From: an uncultured Alphaproteobacteria bacterium
GTDB taxonomy: Bacteria > Pseudomonadota > Alphaproteobacteria > Rhizobiales > Xanthobacteraceae
Direction: 5' to 3'
Assembly (NCBI GenBank): GCA_963800155.1
Contig: CAWDAB010000004.1
Span: forward strand, 26,755 to 90,754
Length of the DNA stretch: 64,000 nucleotides
The notes below the pieces were generated by a model that did no database searches, was not told the DNA's origin, and saw only the letters and a list, made by a program, of their open reading frames with translations. Both the position numbers and the translations under genes were made by a program. Positions 30,379 to 40,287 of this stretch are shown piece by piece. Each line of letters starts with the position of its first letter. Positions within the stretch are counted from its first letter, which is position 1.

Positions 30379-30663
30379 CTAGCTTTTCGGGGCCGACGGA
30401 TAACCGGCATTGGTCGTCGCCGCCGTAAGCGCTCTCACGTTCGTCTTGGCGTCGTCATAGGTGACCGTCGCGGTCTTCTGCTGAAGCGAAACCGCGACCC
30501 GCTCGACGCCGGGCAGGGCTTGCAAGCTCGCCCTGACGGTGTGCGGACAGGCCGCGCAGTACATGTTCTGGACCGCGAGCGTCACTGTTCTCTCAGCGGC
30601 GAATGCGTTTGAGGCGGCGGATAAACCCATTCCGACGATAAGTGCGATGAGCGGTATCCTCAT
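30379..30663 (-). CDS. merP: Periplasmic mercury-binding protein MerP-like
   Basis: Signal peptide plus HMA domain NMYCAAC; C-terminal TTNAGYPS. Confidence 0.85.
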   Translation of the reverse strand: MRIPLIALIVGMGLSAASNAFAAERTVTLAVQNMYCAACPHTVRASLQALPGVERVAVSLQQKTATVTYDDAKTNVRALTAATTNAGYPSAPKS

Positions 30664-30678
30664 GACTTCTCCAATCGT

Positions 30679-31059
30679 TCACGAGAGCAGGTAGGGCGCC
30701 ACGAAGTCGAACCCGAAGGCGGCGATGACGATGACCGTCGCCGCCACCAGGACGGCCATCACCAGCCGGTTGGGTAGCGGGCGAGCACAAGCCTGGTTGC
30801 CGGTGCAGGCCTGGCGCGACGCGCGGTAGACGAGCCAATAGCCGCTGCTCAGAAAGGCAACCGCCGCCGCGACGAAGAGTGGTTGATAGGGGGCGAGCTG
30901 GGTGAAGTTGGCGATCCAGGCGCCGCTGACACCCAGGCTGAACAGCACCACGGGCAGGATGCAGCAGGATGACGCGGCAAGCGCCCCTAGCAGGCCGCCG
31001 AGGGCCAAAGCCTGGACGCCGCGACCGCCGACTTGAACCGATCGTGATTTGATGCCCAT
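30679..31059 (-). CDS. merT: Mercuric transport protein MerT-like
   Basis: ASSCCILP in TM1, PYQP and cytoplasmic CxxxxxCARP. Confidence 0.88.
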   Translation of the reverse strand: MGIKSRSVQVGGRGVQALALGGLLGALAASSCCILPVVLFSLGVSGAWIANFTQLAPYQPLFVAAAVAFLSSGYWLVYRASRQACTGNQACARPLPNRLVMAVLVAATVIVIAAFGFDFVAPYLLS

Positions 31060-31066
31060 GACCCGG

Positions 31067-31097
31067 ACGCTACAATCTGTAGCGGCTACAGAATCAA
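31067..31097 (-). promoter_or_regulatory. MerR-type promoter/operator for merT
   Basis: -35 TTGATT, 19-bp spacer, -10 TAGCGT, and dyad TCTGTAG-N3-CTACAGA at 31076-31092. Confidence 0.85.
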
Positions 31098-31109
31098 GGC
31101 GGACCGCTC

Positions 31110-31535
31110 ATGCATGCGATCACAGATTCGCGAGGTCTCGGCATCGGGGCGCTGGCCAGCCTGACCGGCGTCAATATCGAGACCATCCGCTACTACGAGA
31201 AAATCGATCTTATGCGGCCGCCGCCCCGTACAAGCGGCGGACACCGCAGCTATGCCGCCGAGCACGTGGAACGGCTTCGCTTCATCCGCCGGGCGCGGGC
31301 TTTGGGCTTCGGGATCGAGGGAATCCGCGCCTTGCTGACGCTGTCCTCCGGCGCGACCGAATCCTGCGCACAGGCGCGAGAGATAGCCGCCGCCCATCTC
31401 GCCGAGGTGCGCGCCAAGCGGGATGATCTCGCCAAGCTGGAAGCGATACTGTCGGGGACGATCGCGCAATGTGATGCGCGATGTTGCGACGGCGCCGCGC
31501 CCGTCTGTCCGGTGCTCGAAATTCTGGAGTCCTGA
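31110..31535 (+). CDS. merR: MerR-family metal-responsive regulator
   Basis: HTH IGALA..TGVNIETIRYYE; Cys residues near the MerR C82/C117/C126 positions; divergent from merT. Confidence 0.85.
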   Translation: MHAITDSRGLGIGALASLTGVNIETIRYYEKIDLMRPPPRTSGGHRSYAAEHVERLRFIRRARALGFGIEGIRALLTLSSGATESCAQAREIAAAHLAEVRAKRDDLAKLEAILSGTIAQCDARCCDGAAPVCPVLEILES

Positions 31536-32147
31536 ATGGCGATCTCGAATTTCGAGCGATATCAACGCATCGCATGGGCCTACGATCTGCTGGACCTGCC
31601 TTTCGAATATGGGCGCTATCGCAAAATCAGACCGCAACTTTTCAACGGCCTCTCCGGCCGCATCTTGGAAGCTGGGGTCGGCACCGGACGCAATTTCCCC
31701 TTCTATCCGTCCGGTTCCAACGTCGTTGGCATCGATTTTAGCCCGGCGATGCTCGCCCGAGCGCGACGCCGGCTCCCCACGGCCTCGGCCACAGTGGAGC
31801 TACATCAGATGGACGTGACGCGATTGGAATTTCCTGATCGCTCGTTCGACGCGGCGGTAGCCACGTTCCTTTTCTGCGTGCTTCCCGACGAGTTGCAGGT
31901 TGCGGGGATGCGAGAGCTGCGTCGTGTCGTAAAGCCCGGCGGCATTATACGCTGCCTCGAATATACCCGTCCAAGCGGCGGGCTTCGCCGTGCGATGACG
32001 CGGATTTGGGAGCCCTGGGTCAATTGGGCCTACGGCGCTACTTTTGACCGTCAGACAGAACAAAGAGCCCCGGAGGCAGGCTTAGAACTTTTCGAGTCGC
32101 GGTTTGTGCATGATGTGCTGATCAAGCTCCTTGCGGCGCGGGCCTGA
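31536..32147 (+). CDS. Class I SAM-dependent methyltransferase
   Basis: ILEAGVGTG and FDAAVATFLFC motifs; abuts the merR stop. Confidence 0.85.
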   Translation: MAISNFERYQRIAWAYDLLDLPFEYGRYRKIRPQLFNGLSGRILEAGVGTGRNFPFYPSGSNVVGIDFSPAMLARARRRLPTASATVELHQMDVTRLEFPDRSFDAAVATFLFCVLPDELQVAGMRELRRVVKPGGIIRCLEYTRPSGGLRRAMTRIWEPWVNWAYGATFDRQTEQRAPEAGLELFESRFVHDVLIKLLAARA

Positions 32148-32180
32148 CATTCGTACCAGAAGTTAAGTTGGGGAGCCGGC

Positions 32181-32960
32181 ATGCCGCCATTGCTCGACAA
32201 CAAAGACCCCGACGCAAAATCGATTTTTGTCGCTTCCGCACTCTTGCGTGAAGCACGGCGTCAAAAAGGGCTTGCGACCGTCAATGTCCCGTCAATCTGC
32301 GTGCTTGATCCGGACGGCGATATTGTACGGCATCTGAAAGCAAGGAATCTTGCCCACATATCACGCGACTGGCCATGCTATCACAGCGAGCTCTATACAT
32401 TCGAGCTCGCTGGACAGGTCGCTGGCATCATCGGTTGCGCGGTGGGTGCTCCGTTTGCCGTCCTGATCGCGGAGGAGCTATTTGCAAGCGGCTGCGGATT
32501 TCTGATCAGCATCACATCTGCAGGTCAGATCACGCCGGTTGGTAAACCTCCATACTTCGTCATCATAGATCGTGCCTTACGTGACGAAGGAACAAGCTAT
32601 CACTACGCCGCGCCTTCAGAATACAGCGAAGCAGATGCGCGGTTGATTGGCACTGCTGCGCGCGCGTTGAAGACCAATGGCGTAGATTCCCTTATCGGTT
32701 CAAGTTGGACTACCGACGCACCGTTTCGCGAAACCGAGGAGGCAATGGCTGCCGCTCGGGCCAAAGGCATTCTGGCCGTCGAAATGGAAGCTGCGGCGCT
32801 TTATGCCTATGCTCAAGCCGCAAGTAAAAATGTCCTTTGCCTTGCCCACGTCACGAACACCATGGCCATCTCTGAAAGAGATTTCGAAAAAGGGGAAGCC
32901 AATGGCACAGTCGATGCCCTGCGTGTGCTGGAAGCCATCATAGCCGGCCTTAGGCCATAA
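32181..32960 (+). CDS. Nucleoside phosphorylase-like protein (PNP/UDP family)
   Basis: RDEGTSYHY, WTTDAPFRET and AVEMEAAALY motifs. Confidence 0.82.
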   Translation: MPPLLDNKDPDAKSIFVASALLREARRQKGLATVNVPSICVLDPDGDIVRHLKARNLAHISRDWPCYHSELYTFELAGQVAGIIGCAVGAPFAVLIAEELFASGCGFLISITSAGQITPVGKPPYFVIIDRALRDEGTSYHYAAPSEYSEADARLIGTAARALKTNGVDSLIGSSWTTDAPFRETEEAMAAARAKGILAVEMEAAALYAYAQAASKNVLCLAHVTNTMAISERDFEKGEANGTVDALRVLEAIIAGLRP

Positions 32961-33039
32961 GAGTTCTGATCGACATCATCTCAATTCGACTTTGCCATGC
33001 TCACGCAACCGAACTTATGAGCGTTCGGCCTAACCAGCC

Positions 33040-35891
33040 ATGTCCGACAAGATCATCACCGAGATCGTCCTCGAGGGCGAGAAGGAAGCGATTGCCAGCA
33101 TCCAGCGCGTCGGCAAGGCGGCCGACGCGACCTTCGCCGATCTCCAGAACGTCCAGCTCAATTTCGACTTCGTCGAACCCGAGAAGGGGCTCAAATCGCT
33201 GACCGACGCGGGCCAGCGGTTCGCCTCGTCGATGAAGAACACCGGCAATATCGTGACCAACGTGTTCGCCGGCATCACTAGCGCTTTCCGCAACGCCGGC
33301 ACCGTGGGTGGCGGCGTCTTCTCGGAATTGACGCGCTCGCTGCAAGCCACGAGCCTGGTGGCGAAGGCGGCCGGCGTGCAGATCCCCTCGCTCGGGCGTA
33401 CCGTTTCGGCGCTCGGCCGCACCGTCGATTCCTTCAGCGGCGGCGCGCGGACGGCGGCGCTGAATACGACCGACTTCGGGCAGGCGGTCGCGGCCGACCG
33501 GCCCGCAACTTAGCGGCTCGGTCGCAAGCCGCCTTCAATCTGGGGCGCAATATCGGCGACGTGGGCGTGAGCCGCGGTTCGGGTCGCGACCCAGATCGTC
33601 AAGCTGGTGACAGTCGTTTCGCTGCTCGGCACCGCCGTCATCGCGGCATTCGGCGCGCTGGCGAAATCGGCGTCGACCGCCATCAATGCGGTCGGCGAGG
33701 CCGCGCGCAATGCCAGCATATCGGTCGACGCCTACGACAAGCTCATCATCGCGCTGCAAGGCTTAGGGATCAGCAGCGAGGACGCGCAAGCGGCGATCAC
33801 GGCGATGTCGGCGCAATTGGCGCGCTTCGGCATCCGCTACGGCCCCGATTCGGCCGGCGTCGCCGATATGCTGGCGAACAATTTCGCGCGGCTGGCCGAC
33901 CAGGTCGCGTTCAATATCGACCCGGTCAAGCAGTTGCAGATCGCGCAAGCGGCCCTCGGCGCCGAGCTTGGCAAGAAGCTGTTGCCGCAGCTGCGCATGG
34001 GCGGCGATTATTTCCGGCAGATGGCCGACGATACGCGGATCGCCGGCATCGCGTTCAATAAGCTCGACGATTCGAATGCAACCAAGTTCATTGTCGCGTG
34101 GTCGCGTCTTTCCACGATCATCGGCCAATTGAAGAACAAGATCGGCGCGCAATTTGCCGAGCCGTTCGCGCGCGCCATCAATATCGTCACCGAGCTATTG
34201 CTGCAAAACGCGCAGGTTATCCTGCAATGGGCAGTCCGATCTCGCGTCGGCGACCGGCCCGATGCTGGTCGATCTCGCGCGCGCCTTTGCCGGCCTCGAT
34301 AAGGACGTCCAGAACAAGAATATCCTGGCGTTCCGCGACGCGATCTTCGGCATCGGCAAGGCTATCGGCTTTGCGGTCGCAAGCGGTGGTCGGCGGCTTC
34401 AAGCTGATGGTGGCCGCCATCAAGCCGGTGACCGATGCAGTCAACAATCTGTTCGGCACCCAGATCACGGCCGGCGAGGTCGTCGCCTATGCGGCGATCC
34501 TGCAATTGATCGGCGCCTTCCGCCTGCTGTTCTCGGTCGCGACCGGCATCGGCGCGTTGGCGTCGCCCTGGACGCTGGTGGTCGTCGCCATCGGCGCGGT
34601 CCTCGTGGCGCTGGGATACCTCGCCTACAAGTATTGGCCCGAAATCAAGCAGGCGGTCGCCGACGCCACGCAGTGGATGAAGGACAAGTTCGGCGAGGCC
34701 TGGACGGTGGTGGCGGGTGCCGCCGCGACTGCCGCCGTCGCCGGCATCATCTATCTGATCGGGCTTATCCCCGGCGCGCTGGCGGGCGCCGTTGCCGGCA
34801 TTGCGGCGTTCGGCAGCGCGGTTGCCGCCGCAATCGTCGCGGCGCCGTGGGTCGCGCTCGGCATCGCTATTGCCGGCGTCGTCGCCGCGCTCGGCGTGCT
34901 GGCCTACGAATATTGGCCGCAGATCAAGGCCGCGGCGCAAGCGACCTGGGCCGCGATCAAGAGCGGCGCCGCTACTCTCTGGACCGATATCCAGGCGGCC
35001 TGGAATGCCGGCGTCAGCGCGCTCAACAGCCTGTGGCAATTGCTCGTCTCCGGCGCGCAATCGGCCTGGTCGCTGATCACGCAAGGCGCCTCGACCCTGT
35101 GGGCCGGCCTGCAGAGCGTCTGGTCGTCCGGCGTCGCCGCCGTCTCGGCGCTGTGGTCCGGGCTTACGACCGGCTGCGCAAACCGCCTGGGATACGCTGG
35201 TGGCCGGCGCCAAGGGCGCGGCGTCCGCGATCAATACGCTGTTCGCCAACATCATCGGCTACCTGTTCGGCAACCAGCTGGCGGGCGATCTGCAAGCCGC
35301 CTTGCCGCTGTGGGACCAGATGGCGGGCGCGGCCGAATCCGCGATGTCGCGGATCAATGCCGCCGTCGCGAGCGCCACCGCCGCCGTGAACCAATTGAGC
35401 GCCGCGCTCCAGCAAGCGGCGGCGACCGCGCGGGCGGCGCAATCGGCGATGCAGGAGGTTGCCGCCGGCGGCGGCGCGGCAGGCTATGCGCGCGGCGGGC
35501 CCATTCGCGGGCCGCGGCACATCGACATCGGATTCGGTTCTGCTGTGGGGTTCGCGCGGCGAATTCATGCAGCCGGCGCGCGCGGTCGCCCATTACGGCC
35601 TCGCCTTCATGGAGGCGGTGCGCACCTTGCGCCTGCCCATCCCGCGCTTTGCGACCGGCGGCCTCATCGACGGGCTGTCGAATGCCTTGATGAGCCCGCT
35701 CGCGCCGTCGCTGGCGATGCCGCAACCGGCGCCGGTCGCCGCTGTCGCCGTCGCGCATTCTCAACCTGACCATCGGCAACGAGACGTTCGGCGGCTTGGC
35801 GGCCGATGAGGACACCATGGAGCGGCTGACGCGCTTTGCCGTGCGCCAGCAATTGCGCTCGTCGGGGCGCAAGCCGGGCTGGAATCGCTGA
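33040..35891 (+). CDS. Tape measure protein; multiple frameshifts
   Basis: Ala-rich helical segments with Trp-periodic repeats across ORFs 33040, 33607, 34098, 35200 and 35459; C-terminal GG.I.G.GTSTSDS..GEF motif. Confidence 0.8.
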
Positions 35892-35903
35892 AAGGAAGCG
35901 CAA

Positions 35904-36334
35904 ATGGCGGACGAAACCGTGCTCTCGCTTCTGGGGCTCGGCGTGCCGCCCTATTCCGCGCGCGGCCTGACGCAAACCCTGGAGCCGCTCGACCAGGCGA
36001 CCAGCCTGGCCGCGCACGATCAATGGCGAGCTGATCGATCTGTCGCGCGCAGAATTCCGCAAATACAAGTCGACCATCAGCGGCACCGATCAGCGCCCGC
36101 CGTCCTGTGACGGGCTTTGGCCCGGGCGCCAGATCGTCGTCGATTGCATCGAGGAACTTGCCTATCCGGACGGCGGGACGCCGCAGCGGCCGGTGGTCGA
36201 AGGCTCGTCGTTTTCCGGAAGCCGGCTTCACCTATTACCGGCCGCGGCTGACCATGGTGGTGACGGATTTCCAGCTGTCGCGCGACGAATATGGCGCGCA
36301 GGTCGGCTGGTCGATGAGCCTTGAAGAAAAATGA
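35904..36334 (+). CDS. Putative distal tail protein; frameshifted
   Basis: Follows the TMP with an RBS; PPYSARGLTQTL start and TMVVTDF..LEE end lie in different frames. Confidence 0.5.
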
Positions 36335-38325
36335 ACGCCGATTTCACCGATCAAGCGAGCTTGCGCGCGCGGCTTCGCATCGGCAGCATCGGGCCGTTCT
36401 ATTTCGCCTGGGCGGACAAGAACGAGGCGTTCGATCCGGCGGTGCACGCGCGCATCGACGAGGACATTTTCAAGTTCGATGTCGATCACAGCGAGGGCGA
36501 TTTCGCGACGCTGACCGCGATCGTCCGCAACCCGCGCATCGGCCTCTTGGCGCCGTCGCGCCGGGTCTGGGCCTGGCTCTCCTGGCAGAACGGCGCCGAT
36601 CTCGTGCCCCTGTTCTACGGCCGGCTGGTCGGCGTGCCGACCGACATCAATCAGGAACTGGTGACGCTGGTCTTCACCGCGCGCCCGGCCGATTTCGTCG
36701 CGCTGAAAGCGGCCAAGGCCGAAACGTTGAAGGTGCGGCCCTATTACGATCCGATCTGGATCAATCCCGACGCGCTCGATGATCCCGACACCGTGCTCGA
36801 GGCGCGTTCGGCGCTCTGGTCGATCGATCGCGTCACCCACGAGGTCGATATCTCCGATGTGCTGGTCGGCGAGGATGGCATCGAGGATTTTGGGCCCGAC
36901 GAGGTGCCCTACGACTCGGTCAAGATCAATCTCGGCGAGACGCCGCTGCGCAGCGTCTCGGTCGACGCCACCATCAATTGGACGCAAAGCGCATCGGGCA
37001 CGCTTGCACTTCGGCCTCAACGTTGCGACCTACACCGGGCAATCGCTGATTTCGGATTGGCCGAAGCCCGGCGCGACGCTCGGCGGCGGCTGGACGGTTG
37101 TCGCCGCCTCGGCGCGCGATCTCAACGATGTCGAGAACGTCGATACGGTCAATTGCACCGTCAATTGGCAGAACCAGGAGAAAAAGCACGCAACCGGCGA
37201 CACCATGTCGGTCAGCATTTCAAGCTCGGTGCCGATCATGCGCGGCCCGTACCTTTACACCGACCTGATGCGCAAGTTTCAGACCGGCGTCATCGACGAA
37301 GGCGGGCCGGACAGCGATCCGATCAATATCCCGGCAACGCAGGAAAGCACCGGGCTTTACGTGCCGCTCTGGCAGGTCCAGGCGAGCATGACGCTGAAAT
37401 ACGACGCCAACCGGCCGCGCAAGGAGCATGCGCGCTTTACGCTGACGACCGATGTGCAGGACATCGTCACGCTGGCCGAGGACGCCGATGTTCTGGCGAT
37501 CACGCTGGACTCGCAGGATGTCGGCGCCGCCGTCGCCGGCGGCCCGCCGCCCATCGGCTATCTCGGCCGGCGCTCCTATCTGCCCACCGATCGCGGGCTG
37601 TGGAGCCTCGAATATCTGATTGCGCTTGCGCGCGCGCATCTGCTGATCCGCTCGCGCTGCGTCGAGATCACCTTCGCCTGCACCTTCGAGCGCGCCGTCG
37701 CGCTGTCCTGCCGCAAGAACGCGCCGGCTATTCGACGACCGCCTGCCGGGCGGGCAGGCGCTCGGCAAGATCATCGACTACAAATTCGGCGTCGATGGCT
37801 GCAATGGCCTCGCCATCGGGTCGGTGACCATCGGCTGCGCCATCGGCTATGGCGGCGCGGTGCAGGAGCAGCCCGGCGAGCCGACCTATGCGGCGCCCGG
37901 CTACATGGCGCGCCGGCTATCAGGCCTATGCAATCGTCGAGGTCGCGCTGCCGGCGAGCGATGTGAGCTATGCGCCGCCCATCGACGCGCCAAATGATGA
38001 CGGGCTCGCGTTTCCGCTGTCGAAAAGGCAGGCGGTGGTGCGCGAGCAGGTGCACGGCTCGGCCGACGCGCAGGGCGGCGCCATCGAGGCGTCGTTCCCC
38101 ATCGATATCGAGGTCAACAACGCGCAGCCGCAGAACGTGAACGAGCAGAACCGCATCGCGGCGCTGCAATCGCAGACCACGACCGAAATCCTCAAAGGCA
38201 ATGCCGTCTGGTACGACCTCGAATTGAAGCCCGTCGCCGGCATGTCCTTCGAGACGGCCTATGACATCGCCGTCTCGGAATTGAAGGTGCCGAAGATGAT
38301 CGATCTTGAGGCCGCATCGTCATGA
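36331..38325 (+). CDS. Putative tail hub/baseplate protein; frameshifted
   Basis: Joined from ORFs 36331, 36779 and 37849; beta-rich; expected position. Confidence 0.5.
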
Positions 38326-38663
38326 CCAGCCTTGAGCGCATCGTGCGGCCGTTCCAGTCACGGGACGTGACGCCGCCGCAGCGGATTTTGAATCCGAGCG
38401 AGCCGCCGGTCGACAATGTGCTGATCCAGTGCGGGCAGACCGGATCGACCAAGACGTTCAATTCGAGCTACTCGAGCACGATCACGTCCTACGTCGAAAG
38501 CAAGCACCGCGAATTCAGCCGCGAAACCAGCATCAAGCGCATCACCAATCCGGACGACGAAACGCAATACGTCGATGTCGAGTTGATCGACAAGCTCAAG
38601 ACCTCCGGCGTCAACGGCCAGGAGACGACCTTCACCTACAAGAACAAGAGCAATGGCGCTTGA
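38322..38663 (+). CDS. Hypothetical tail protein
   Basis: Coupled to both neighbours by overlaps. Confidence 0.55.
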   Translation: MTSLERIVRPFQSRDVTPPQRILNPSEPPVDNVLIQCGQTGSTKTFNSSYSSTITSYVESKHREFSRETSIKRITNPDDETQYVDVELIDKLKTSGVNGQETTFTYKNKSNGA

Positions 38664-39503
38664 TCCCCCATGGCGGCTCGACCCTCACCAAAGCATTGTC
38701 GAGGTCGGCTGGGGCGCCGCGAAGATCGCCGCACTGGTCTTGAGCATCGATTATGTCGGCGGTGATGCTTTCAGCGATACGCCGGCTTTGAGCGGCCTGC
38801 CGTTCGGCACCACGTTCAATCTGCTGGCGCAGATCGGCGCGCCGGGTGACACGCCGATCGTCAATCCGTTTTCGTCCGCCATGCTGGCGCACGAATACAT
38901 GTGGAGCCGGCCGCCCTGGTCCGACCAGCATTCGGAAAGCCACACCTATGAGGCGACCGTCGTCGACGAGGCGATCTGGAACGGCTGGGCCTATGGCGGC
39001 GGCTCGCCGCTCGGCGGCGTGCGCGTCCCCTACCACGACGGCGTGCCCGATCAGGATGTGCTGCAACAGGCAATCGACGGCTGGGTCGAGGGCTACGGCA
39101 TCCCCGCCGACCAGATCTATTGGATCATCTGGGAGGTCACCGCCTCGCACACCGAACTCCAGACGATCAATCAGTTCTTTTATTCAGCGCGCATGCGATC
39201 GTCTTTTTCAATCTCGGCCGGATCAAAGGGCTGATCAGCCCGTCCCGCTCGCTGACCTTCGAGATCGCGACGGCCGGCGCATCGAGCAGCACCTATTACC
39301 GATGGGCGCTTGGCGTCGGCACCTATAAGGGCACGCGCGATTTCCCCTCGGACGCTCAATGCAATCCGACCTGGACCGGCGTGCCGGTTGCTGCTGCCGG
39401 CACCGCAAGCCCGAACGTGCCTGAGACCGCGATGCCGGCCTGCACCAGCTCTTTCGCGATTGATCTCGACACGCTCGAGGTCACCGCCGAACGCCTGCCG
39501 TAG
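38653..39503 (+). CDS. Hypothetical tail protein; frameshifted
   Basis: Joined from ORFs 38653..39234 and 39120..39503. Confidence 0.45.
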
Positions 39504-39512
39504 AGAACGTGA

Positions 39513-40286
39513 ATGGTCGCCCTGAAATACCGCACCGACGACAATGCCCAATGGGGCGCCGGCCTTGGCCGCGATCTCCAGCCCGCAGGAGATCGACCAG
39601 AATTTCTATGACGTTGAACAGCGGCTGGAGGCGGTCGAGCAGAACCCGGTGCTGCCCAACGAGATCGAATCGATCTCGCGTTGACGGCAACCGGATGACG
39701 ATCACCATGGCCGATCATACGGTGTTCGGCCCCTACATCCTGCCGCAAGCCGCCTTCCGCTTTACCGGCGCCTTTCAGCCCAACCACGATTACCGGCTTT
39801 ACGATTTCCTGGTCGCCAATGACGGCCTCTATCTGGTGCTGCACGATTTTACCTCGGGCGACGCCTTCGTGTTCGGCGCCGACGCGCAAGGCCCGTTCTA
39901 TCAGTTCATCCTGCCGTTCCCGAGCAACTACGACATCGCCTTCTTTTTCCCGGGTCCGCCCGGGCTTGGCATTGTCGACGGCGCGGCGATGTTCGCTTTC
40001 CGCGCTTCGGCCCGCACGCCGTTCTATCTGCCGGCCGGCTTGCCCGACTCCTCCGCCGGGCTTGCCGATCGCGCCGACCGCCGCCCTGTCCTGCGCGATC
40101 TATCAGGACGCAACGCAGATCGGCACGCTTGATTTCGCGGCCGGCAGCACGGCCGGCACCTTCACTTTCGACCAGGCCATCCAGTTCAACGCCGGCAATA
40201 CGCTGCGCGTCATGCGCCCCGCGGCGCTCGATGATACCGCGCTCGATCTGAGCATCCTGTTCGCCGCGGTGAAGGGAACGCTGTGA
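39513..40286 (+). CDS. Tail adaptor-type protein; frameshifted
   Basis: Manual reading MVALKYRTDD...AAVKGTL; the C-terminal 71 aa match the second copy at 63326-63542 (1 aa difference). Confidence 0.6.
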
Positions 40287-40287
40287 C

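Noticed and set aside
26013-33039. Integron or IS/transposon origin of the cargo
   Set aside because: No integrase, transposase, attC site or terminal inverted repeats were recognised.
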